Shown here: positions 56,469 through 64,000 of the stretch, piece by piece
How the letters are laid out: each line of letters starts with the position of its first letter
Numbering within the stretch: the stretch's first letter is position 1
DNA from: an uncultured virus (IMG/VR IMGVR_UViG_3300022925_000007)
Lineage: Duplodnaviria; Heunggongvirae; Uroviricota; Caudoviricetes
Virus record (IMG/VR): IMGVR_UViG_3300022925_000007
Length of the DNA: 64,000 nucleotides
Reading direction: 5' to 3' (one strand)
Translations under genes and position numbers: made by a program
Notes under the pieces: generated by a model
The model's input: only the letters and a program-made list of their open reading frames with translations
What the model was told of the DNA's origin: nothing
Database searches by the model: none

Positions 56469-58166
56469 GTGGCAATCACTGATATACCATTAAGAATAAA
56501 AAACTCAAATGGTGACCTTCAGCAGTTCTCGACCTCTGAAGAAAATTTCCTCGCCTATCAAATGGGTCTCAACTTAGCATCACGCGGTGTAAATGCTAGT
56601 AGTGCTCTCTCGACTTCTTCTGATAGTGCTGCGCTCGTTGGTAGTTTTACTGATACGCAATACAATCAAATCGGTGTTTCGGGCGATAACGGAACCACTG
56701 TTGAGGCGCAAGAAACCATTTCTTACCTGTACCAAAAGACAGGCGCTGCGCCAATCGACGGCACGGATTATGAAACGCCGATAGGTTATAAAACATCTGA
56801 CACGTCAATCAGAGAAATGGTTGATAGCGACTTGTTCGGTTTAGTTGATAGAACGCTTTCGGTTTGGGCCACGAATGATTATCCTGGTATATACAAATTA
56901 GACTCATCGGGGTTTTCTGATGGCGATTATGAAATTCATATTGATACGGTTTTCGAAGACAATAGAAGCAATGTAAACAATTTACAGACTGACTACCATA
57001 TCTGGAAACGTACTTCTATGACGCCGCCAAGCGCCGCGAGACCTATGTTTGTCGTGCGTACTGGAGGGGGCGAATTTGCAGGCGGTGTTCGTGAAATGAC
57101 GGATACGCAAATTCAATATACCTTTGGTCAAAGAGCAAGGAACCGTATCATTTCGTCAGGTATCGGCACCTACCAGTTGAGAGATAACACACAAGGCGCA
57201 CCAACTGATCCAGGCACTTGGGTGGCAAAGGGTGTGGCAACTGATACCAGACACGTGATTGTTGAGACACAGTTTTCTGACACGTATGAATCGACGAGCG
57301 AAATACCATATAGTGCTCAGGTAGATAGGACCTACACTGGAAATTATGAATCTCAATACAGTAAACAATATGGCGCTCAGTACGCCAGACAATACACCAG
57401 ACAATATGCTGGATTGGAGGGTTATACCACACTGTTACAGTATTCAAAGGGATACACAGCGCAGTACACCAGACAATTCGCTGGCGGATTGAACACTTAT
57501 TATACAGGATTGGTCTCTTTCGAAGGAACTGCTCAGTATACAAGACAGTATAGCGGATTCATCATAGGACCATCTTTTGACGGAACTTACGTTGGCGCAT
57601 TTACCGGAACATTTGGTGGCGGAACGTACACCGGTGTGTACTCAAGACAACGTGCGTATGTCGCTCCCGCTGCCACCGGTGGCGGCGGCGAATTTTTCAT
57701 TGGAATATATGAATCTTATGCTAGTTTCACGGGTCAGTTTACCGGAGCTGCTTATCAGGGTCAGTATAGCTCCTCTTTTATCGGCACTTATGTCCTAGAC
57801 GTAGAAAATCAATTCACCGGCACATACCAAAGATCTGCAATATATTCCTCTCAGGAGCAATACCTTGGAGTACTCGAAATACAGTATTCCAATAACTACG
57901 CGAGTAGATATGTTAGGCAGTATACTGGAAGCACAACTTATACCGGAACAAGGCAATACGCAGGTCAATACTCTTCGCAGTATACGCAGCAGTATACCGC
58001 TCAATTTGCTGCTCAATTTGCAGGGTCATACACCGGTCAGTTTGGCGAAATTTATGTTAAGCAATATGTTGGCGATCAATATATCGCTCAGTATGGTGGT
58101 CAAGTAGTCGACGACACTCAATCTACAGTAATCAAAACATACACTTTGTATGTAAGAACCGCATAA
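56469..58166 (+). CDS. Probable virion protein with Tyr/Gln tetrapeptide repeats
   Basis: C-terminal half built of (Y/F)-x-x-Q/x units such as YSKQYGAQYARQYTRQY. Confidence 0.75.
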   Translation: MAITDIPLRIKNSNGDLQQFSTSEENFLAYQMGLNLASRGVNASSALSTSSDSAALVGSFTDTQYNQIGVSGDNGTTVEAQETISYLYQKTGAAPIDGTDYETPIGYKTSDTSIREMVDSDLFGLVDRTLSVWATNDYPGIYKLDSSGFSDGDYEIHIDTVFEDNRSNVNNLQTDYHIWKRTSMTPPSAARPMFVVRTGGGEFAGGVREMTDTQIQYTFGQRARNRIISSGIGTYQLRDNTQGAPTDPGTWVAKGVATDTRHVIVETQFSDTYESTSEIPYSAQVDRTYTGNYESQYSKQYGAQYARQYTRQYAGLEGYTTLLQYSKGYTAQYTRQFAGGLNTYYTGLVSFEGTAQYTRQYSGFIIGPSFDGTYVGAFTGTFGGGTYTGVYSRQRAYVAPAATGGGGEFFIGIYESYASFTGQFTGAAYQGQYSSSFIGTYVLDVENQFTGTYQRSAIYSSQEQYLGVLEIQYSNNYASRYVRQYTGSTTYTGTRQYAGQYSSQYTQQYTAQFAAQFAGSYTGQFGEIYVKQYVGDQYIAQYGGQVVDDTQSTVIKTYTLYVRTA

Positions 58167-58178
58167 TAGGATAGGAAA

Positions 58179-58643
58179 ATGAATAAAAAAACTTGGCAGA
58201 GTAATGCTTATTGGTTAGACGATAAAGCGAAAGATTCTATTCGTGCGATTCTGACCTTTGAAGATGACCGTGGTCGAAAAGTCAAGCAAGAATTAACAAT
58301 CAACAAAACCAACCCTACGACGAAAGAGGCAAACCCTGATTTTGTCGAACTGGTTGAAACGGTTGGTGATGACACTATCACTCAAAATACTGAAAAAAGA
58401 AAAGAACAAAAGCAAAAAGAAGCAGAGACGAGGGATAAGCGTCGAAAGGCAGAGAAGCAGCGCAAAGAGTTAGCAGAGTTGTTTAATGCTAAGATTGAAA
58501 TTATGGAAGTCGAGGAGATTAAAAACTCAGACAACCGTGAATTAAAATCTAAGATTCGCCGCGCCAAGAGTCGTCTTGAAATGGAAATGTATGCGATACT
58601 GTTGATGATGAAAGAAACACAAAACAATGCAAACAGTGAATGA
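58179..58643 (+). CDS. Hypothetical charged protein (possible fibre chaperone)
   Basis: Follows the repeat protein; function inferred only. Confidence 0.6.
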   Translation: MNKKTWQSNAYWLDDKAKDSIRAILTFEDDRGRKVKQELTINKTNPTTKEANPDFVELVETVGDDTITQNTEKRKEQKQKEAETRDKRRKAEKQRKELAELFNAKIEIMEVEEIKNSDNRELKSKIRRAKSRLEMEMYAILLMMKETQNNANSE

Positions 58644-59367
58644 AAGTTATAACGGTTATCTTGTAGTTGCTTCTAGAAAATATTCTTACTATAAACTTGC
58701 TATAAATTGCCTAGAGTCAATTAAGGATTACTATCCGGAAGCCAATCTTTGCCTCGTCACTGAAGAAAAATTCTGCGACGGCAGGGAAAGAATTGCTGAT
58801 CATGTAATCCATACTCAAGAAAGTCATTATCGCTCTAAACTTTGGGGCATGTCTCAAACTCCTTTTGATGTCACCATGTATGTAGACGCAGACATGGAAT
58901 GCGCTCATGAAGATATAAGCAAGGTCTTTGATCTTCTTGGCGACAACGATATGATGTTTAAAGGTATACCAGAAAAGATTTGGCCGTTGGTCAAAGACGT
59001 AGTGTTTCCTGGCGGTATGTTTAAATACTGCGGCGCAGTGTGCCTTTATAGGTCTTCTCCACTCGTTAACGATTTCATGAAAGATTGGTATGAGTATTAT
59101 AAAGGTCAATATGGCGGAACATGGTGGCCGACTAAAGAAGACGGCGTCACATTTGACACGGATCTCTATCCTTATCATCTAAGGCAGTGGGATCAATTCA
59201 CACTTTGGTGGTTAACTGAAAAGGAAGAGAAGTATAAAGACCTCAAGACTGAACTCTTTGATGATGATACCGAAAGATTAAATGCTTGGGACACATTAGA
59301 GCGACTGGGGTTAGAACCCGAGGATCCGATTCTACTACACCGTTCATTGACTGCGATTAAATCATGA
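58627..59367 (+). CDS. GT-A glycosyltransferase-like protein
   Basis: GYLVVAS, TPFD.TMYVDAD, WDQF.LW. Confidence 0.68.
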   Translation: MQTVNESYNGYLVVASRKYSYYKLAINCLESIKDYYPEANLCLVTEEKFCDGRERIADHVIHTQESHYRSKLWGMSQTPFDVTMYVDADMECAHEDISKVFDLLGDNDMMFKGIPEKIWPLVKDVVFPGGMFKYCGAVCLYRSSPLVNDFMKDWYEYYKGQYGGTWWPTKEDGVTFDTDLYPYHLRQWDQFTLWWLTEKEEKYKDLKTELFDDDTERLNAWDTLERLGLEPEDPILLHRSLTAIKS

Positions 59368-59380
59368 AAAGGATTCATAG

Positions 59381-60070
59381 ATGAAAGATATACCGATACG
59401 AAATGAAGAGTTGATTGCTTTGCTAAATGAAGCGTGTGCGATTGCTAATCTTGATATGATAAAAAACCTTGCTCTGAGTAAACAAGAAAAAAGAAAAAAG
59501 TTTTTAAATCAAGAGTTTCATGTTGGAGAAGAATACAGAACTCGTATCGTTGATATGGGTCAGCATCATCATGGGTATCCTGAACATTTGGATGCGTTTA
59601 ATCTAAACCTTGGCGGTGGCGTACCTGAGGCAGAAGTAGAATCGCAGATAAATCAAGTGGGGGTTGATCTTTATCAGAGGGTCTTAGATGTAGATAAAAA
59701 AATACAAACCTTCATAGGAACTCGAAACAACGCGCTCTTTACTGTTTATCCTCCTGGTGGATATATCTCCTGGCATAATAATGCGAACGCTCCTGGATAT
59801 AATGTCATTTTTACTTGGTCAGAAAAAGGAGAGGGTTACTGGCAGCATATAGACCCGATTACCAAGGAAGTCGTCACGATACCTGACGTTATTGGTTGGC
59901 AGTGTAAGTCCGGTTACTACGGGCATTATGGTCAGAAAAACGAACTTATGTATCACTGCGCCGCGACTAACTGCTGGAGAATGACTATCGCTTTCGTATT
60001 CAATAAAAGTGAAATGGGTGAAGAAATGTCCAAAATGGCGCTTGAGGACATTTCAAATACTTATAAATAA
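59381..60070 (+). CDS. Cupin/2OG-Fe(II) oxygenase-like protein
   Basis: YPPGGYISWHNN...YHCA...R.TIAF. Confidence 0.55.
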   Translation: MKDIPIRNEELIALLNEACAIANLDMIKNLALSKQEKRKKFLNQEFHVGEEYRTRIVDMGQHHHGYPEHLDAFNLNLGGGVPEAEVESQINQVGVDLYQRVLDVDKKIQTFIGTRNNALFTVYPPGGYISWHNNANAPGYNVIFTWSEKGEGYWQHIDPITKEVVTIPDVIGWQCKSGYYGHYGQKNELMYHCAATNCWRMTIAFVFNKSEMGEEMSKMALEDISNTYK

Positions 60071-60105
60071 GAATAAACACGGTCCCCACTCTAGAATTAT
60101 AAATA
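60062..60105 (+). promoter_or_regulatory. Two tandem late promoters TATAAATA (60062, 60098)
   Basis: Exact consensus twice. Confidence 0.75.
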
Positions 60106-60127
60106 ATCAAAAAAGTGTAAGAGAGAA

Positions 60128-60484
60128 ATGGCGCACTACGAAGATTTACAGTTTGATCAAGGTACGGACGTAGCAGTCGAGATTCATTTAGTCGAGACCG
60201 ATGGTTCGAAAAAAAACTTGACGGGTTATAGTGCTGCTGCTAAAATGAAGCGGAACTATAACAGCGACAGCGCTGATACTGTAGATTTCAGTGCTCTCGT
60301 TTCTTCGCCTGCTACTGATGGTATCGTCACGCTTGCGTTGACTAATACGCAAACTGACTCGTTAGATGCTAGGCGAAGATATTTTTATGATGTAGAGATC
60401 TCTTACAACGACAGTGACGGTAATGCGATTATAGAAAGAGTCTTAGAGGGACGAATAGACATCAACCCATCAGTGACGAGGTAA
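60128..60484 (+). CDS. Virion structural protein (Ig-like, tail-associated)
   Basis: DQG.D, NLTGYS..AKM, Y.YDVEI, RVLEG.I...P.VT. Confidence 0.7.
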   Translation: MAHYEDLQFDQGTDVAVEIHLVETDGSKKNLTGYSAAAKMKRNYNSDSADTVDFSALVSSPATDGIVTLALTNTQTDSLDARRRYFYDVEISYNDSDGNAIIERVLEGRIDINPSVTR

Positions 60485-60486
60485 TC

Positions 60487-60729
60487 GTGTCTTATCAAAT
60501 AAAGAACGTTGCTGTAGGTGACAATACAACTCTTGTAAAAAAGGTGGTCGTAGGACGACCAATTAGAAGAGTAAGTGGTAGTGGCGGTAGCGTCAGCATA
60601 GACAATATAATCGGAGTAGATACTTCCGGAAAAAGTGATGGCAGTCTTTTAATATACAATACTAGCTCAAGTTTATGGGAATCAAGTAAAACACTAGAAG
60701 AACAAGTAATTAACGGAGGCCAGTACTAA
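60487..60729 (+). CDS. Small tail-fibre-associated protein
   Basis: DGS.LIYN.....W; ends INGGQY. Confidence 0.6.
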   Translation: MSYQIKNVAVGDNTTLVKKVVVGRPIRRVSGSGGSVSIDNIIGVDTSGKSDGSLLIYNTSSSLWESSKTLEEQVINGGQY

Positions 60730-63401
60730 TGGCAGCAACAATAAGAATTAAACGCTCGGGTACAGCTGGTAATCCCACAACACTTGCCCAAGGTGAGTTA
60801 GCATATTCGTATTTAACCGATAACGGTTCCAATGGTGGTGATCGCCTCTACGTTGGTACTGGAACTGAGACTGCCGGCGATGCGGCGAATCATGAGGTCA
60901 TTGGTGGTAAACACTATGTTGACCTGCTCCATGGTTCCGGAGATCCAAACTATGGTACGTTGACAGCATCGACTGCTATTATCGTTGATGCAAATAAAAA
61001 GATCAACGAACTGCTCGTTGATAATGTTACCGTTGATGGCAATACCATTTCAACCAGCACTGGCAACCTTGTTCTTTCCCCTACAGGTTTCGTCGATGCT
61101 AACAGTAATCTGATTAGCAATGTTACGGATCCAGTAAGCGCACAAGACGCTGCTACTAAAGCATACGTTGACTTACAAGTTGGCGGTGGCGGTTTACAAA
61201 TTGTTGGTGATACAGGTTCTGACACCGTAAATGTTCAGGACTCTTCTCTTGACTTCCAAGGTGGTACAGGTATTACCACTGCTGTCACTGACAACGTAGT
61301 CGATATTTCTATCACTAACACTGGCGTATCTGCTTCAACCTATGGTTCGGCGACTGCTGTTCCTGTACTTACAGTAAATGCCCAAGGTCAGTTAACCAAC
61401 GTAACAACTGCAAATATCTCAACCGACTTCACTATTAATGGTGACGCGATTAGTCTGCTTAACAGCGATCTCACTATTACTGAAGGCGAAGGCATTGACG
61501 TTGCTTATGATAGCGATACCAATACGCTGACCATCTCTGGTGAACTCGCGACTACTGCTAACAAGGGTGTTGCTTCTTTCAGTAGCAATGACTTTGCTGT
61601 TAACACTGGCGTTGTTACGATTAAGACTGGCGGTGTTAGTAATACGCAACTGGTTAACAGTTCTTTAACGATTGGTACTGATGCTGTTTCCCTCGGTGGA
61701 TCAATAACAGATCTGAACGGGTTGACCTCTGTCGATATTGATAACATCACGATCGACGGCAATACTATTTCAACCACGAACACGGATGGCAATCTCGTAC
61801 TTGATCCAAATGGTACGGGAAGCATTGATGCTTCTAGTGCTGTCATTAGCAATGTCGGAACGCCAAGCGCTGCGGGTGACGCTGCTAACAAAGCATACGT
61901 TGATGGTATTACTGGCGGCGCTTCGATTGCTCTTTCTATCACGGGCGATACTGGCAGCGATAACGTTGCTCTTGCTGATTCTGCGCTCGACTTTAATGGC
62001 GGCACGGGTATCACGACAACTGTCACTGATAACACTGTCGATATTGCAATTACCAACACTGGCGTATCAGCTAATACCTATGGTTCTGCGACAGCAGTGC
62101 CAGTCCTCACGGTTAATGCTCAGGGTCAAATTACAAGCGCATCGACTGCTAGCATCTCGACTGATCTGACTGTAAACGGCGATACTATCAGCCTACTCGA
62201 CAGCGACCTTACGTTTGCTGCCGGTGAAGGTATTGACGTTGCTTACGATGCCTCTACGAATACAGTAACATATTCAGGCGAAGATGCTACAACCACTAAC
62301 AAAGGTATTGCTTCGTTTGCTACTGCAGACTTTGGCGTATCTACTGGTGCGGTAAGTCTTAACGACGCGGTTGTTAAATCTGTCAGTACTGATGGCTCGG
62401 CAGCAACTCCTTCTACGCATGCCTTTACAATTGCTGGTACTTCTGCCCAAGGTATCTCTACTAGCGGATCAGGCGCTACTGTCACGATTACTGCTGCGAA
62501 CGCAACAACAAGTGCGAAAGGTGTTGCTTCCTTTAACACTAACGACTTCTCCGTATCAAGCGGAGCAGTTTCGATTAAGACAGGCGGTGTAAGTAATACT
62601 CAACTTGAGAACTCAAGTGTTACCGTAACTGCCGGCAACGGTCTCGGCGGTGGCGGTGCGGTTTCCCTCGGCGGTTCTACCTCTCTAAGCGTCAACGTTG
62701 ACGATAGCACGATTGAGATTGCTACTGATACGCTACAAGTTAAAGACGCTGGTATTACCAACGCGAAACTTGCTAACAGCAGTGTTACGATTGGTTCTAC
62801 TGAGATTTCGCTAGGTGGCACTTCTACTACACTTGCCGGTCTTACTCAGGTTGACATTGATAACATTCGTATCCTGGATAATACCATTGCTTCTTCGACT
62901 GGCATTCTTTACATTGATCCAAACCCAATCGACTCTGACGGTGGTGATGTTATCGTTCGTGGTAACCTTACTGTCCAAGGTACGCAAACGGTCATTAACT
63001 CTACTGCGGTATCCATTAATGATCTGAACCTGATCCTTGCTGACTCAGCGGCAGATGCTAACGCGGCAGACGGTGCTGGTATTACCATTGGCGGTGCTAA
63101 CTATACGTTGACCTACAACGCTGCTAGTGACTATCTCGAAACGAGTGGTGACTTCAACGTTGGCGGTGCGTTAACAGTTGGCGGCGAGTCGTTCTCTGAA
63201 GTAGTTGGCGACGCTGTTGCTACTCTGCTGCAGGAAGGCGAAGGTATTGACCTCACCTATAACGATGGTGCGAATACTCTGACGGTTGCTGCGGAAATCG
63301 CTACAATAACCAACCGTGGTGTTGCTTCGTTTGACTCTGATCAGTTTACAGTAACTTCAGGTGCTGTTACTATTTCTACCCTTGATGGTGGAACATACTA
63401 A
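60729..63401 (+). CDS. Long tail fibre protein with internal duplications
   Basis: I.IKRS...P..L..GELAY; DAATKAYVD; KGVASF repeats; ends DGGTY. Confidence 0.85.
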   Translation: MAATIRIKRSGTAGNPTTLAQGELAYSYLTDNGSNGGDRLYVGTGTETAGDAANHEVIGGKHYVDLLHGSGDPNYGTLTASTAIIVDANKKINELLVDNVTVDGNTISTSTGNLVLSPTGFVDANSNLISNVTDPVSAQDAATKAYVDLQVGGGGLQIVGDTGSDTVNVQDSSLDFQGGTGITTAVTDNVVDISITNTGVSASTYGSATAVPVLTVNAQGQLTNVTTANISTDFTINGDAISLLNSDLTITEGEGIDVAYDSDTNTLTISGELATTANKGVASFSSNDFAVNTGVVTIKTGGVSNTQLVNSSLTIGTDAVSLGGSITDLNGLTSVDIDNITIDGNTISTTNTDGNLVLDPNGTGSIDASSAVISNVGTPSAAGDAANKAYVDGITGGASIALSITGDTGSDNVALADSALDFNGGTGITTTVTDNTVDIAITNTGVSANTYGSATAVPVLTVNAQGQITSASTASISTDLTVNGDTISLLDSDLTFAAGEGIDVAYDASTNTVTYSGEDATTTNKGIASFATADFGVSTGAVSLNDAVVKSVSTDGSAATPSTHAFTIAGTSAQGISTSGSGATVTITAANATTSAKGVASFNTNDFSVSSGAVSIKTGGVSNTQLENSSVTVTAGNGLGGGGAVSLGGSTSLSVNVDDSTIEIATDTLQVKDAGITNAKLANSSVTIGSTEISLGGTSTTLAGLTQVDIDNIRILDNTIASSTGILYIDPNPIDSDGGDVIVRGNLTVQGTQTVINSTAVSINDLNLILADSAADANAADGAGITIGGANYTLTYNAASDYLETSGDFNVGGALTVGGESFSEVVGDAVATLLQEGEGIDLTYNDGANTLTVAAEIATITNRGVASFDSDQFTVTSGAVTISTLDGGTY

Positions 63402-63413
63402 ATGGATAATGAT

Positions 63414-63433
63414 GGGGGAGTAAATACTCCCCC
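63414..63433. other. Perfect hairpin GGGGGAGTA-AA-TACTCCCCC
   Basis: Intergenic inverted repeat. Confidence 0.6.
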
Positions 63434-63464
63434 GATATACCAATATTGGGTTTGAGGATGACAA

Positions 63465-64000
63465 ATGTCAACTACCAACATTAAATTAAAACGAAGTTCG
63501 GTTGAAGGAAAAATACCAACAACTGGACAGCTTGAACTTGGTGAAGTTGCCATCAATACACATGATGGCAAGATGTTTTTCAAAAGAGACAACGGCACAG
63601 AAAGTATTCGCGAAGTTGCTCTGGTTAATGGCATCGACGATAACGCCACAAGCACTGCAATTACCCTTGATTCCGACGGTACGATTCGCCTTGCAGAAAC
63701 TGCAGGCGTTGTATTAGTTGGTACAGATAGCGCCACGGGTTCAGACAGTGACGTTCTGCAGGTCGCTGGTAAGGTTGTAGCGACAGGTGCGCTTACTGCT
63801 TCAGGTATTACTTATCCTGCCACTGACGGTTCTCCCGATCAGTATCTCAAAACAGACGGTTCCGGCAATCTTTCTTTTGCCGCAGGTCCATTAGGTTATA
63901 CAGGTTCACGCGGTTTCACAGGCAGCAAAGGTGACGCCGGATATACTGGCAGCAAGGGAGACACCGGAGATCAAGGAATCCAAGGTGATATAGGATTTAC
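63465..64000 (+). CDS. Tail fibre / collagen-like protein (3'-truncated by window edge)
   Basis: Manual translation MSTTNIKLKRSSVEGKIP...LGEVAINTHDGK...; ends in G-X-Y repeats GYTGSRGFTGSKGDAGYTGSKGDTGDQGIQG. Confidence 0.8.
   Translation, partial: MSTTNIKLKRSSVEGKIPTTGQLELGEVAINTHDGKMFFKRDNGTESIREVALVNGIDDNATSTAITLDSDGTIRLAETAGVVLVGTDSATGSDSDVLQVAGKVVATGALTASGITYPATDGSPDQYLKTDGSGNLSFAAGPLGYTGSRGFTGSKGDAGYTGSKGDTGDQGIQGDIGF

Noticed and set aside
57270..58100. CRISPR array or DNA tandem repeat
   Set aside because: The periodicity is protein-level (12 nt, degenerate codons) with no repeat-spacer structure.
1..64000. Stop-codon reassignment or prophage/host DNA
   Set aside because: Genes are full length in the standard code using all three stops; no integrase or host housekeeping block is present.

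Overview
This is a 64-kb segment of a large lytic T4-like myovirus, probably marine and infecting a proteobacterium. Positions 1-29.3 kb (+ strand) hold nucleotide-metabolism and replication genes (nrdA, nrdB, rnh, phoH, mazG, gp33, gp32), a lysozyme, an early-gene island with IHF-box/TTTACT promoters, tRNA-Pro and many glycan-modifying genes. A short - strand block (gp29-like, gp51, gp26, gp54-like, gp2, gp4) is followed by a + strand baseplate/tail-fibre operon with TATAAATA late promoters. The most striking locus is 11.6-12.6 kb: an alternative oxidase, a 23-aa PqqA (PQQ precursor) peptide missed by the ORF track, and a circularly permuted two-piece tmRNA. A second candidate system is virion glycosylation: about 13 glycosyl-transfer/modification genes occur with an apparent enrichment of Asp-Ser motifs in distal tail proteins and a Tyr/Gln-repeat protein beside a glycosyltransferase and an oxygenase. 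All product calls come from recognising motifs and synteny by eye; no database searches were run.
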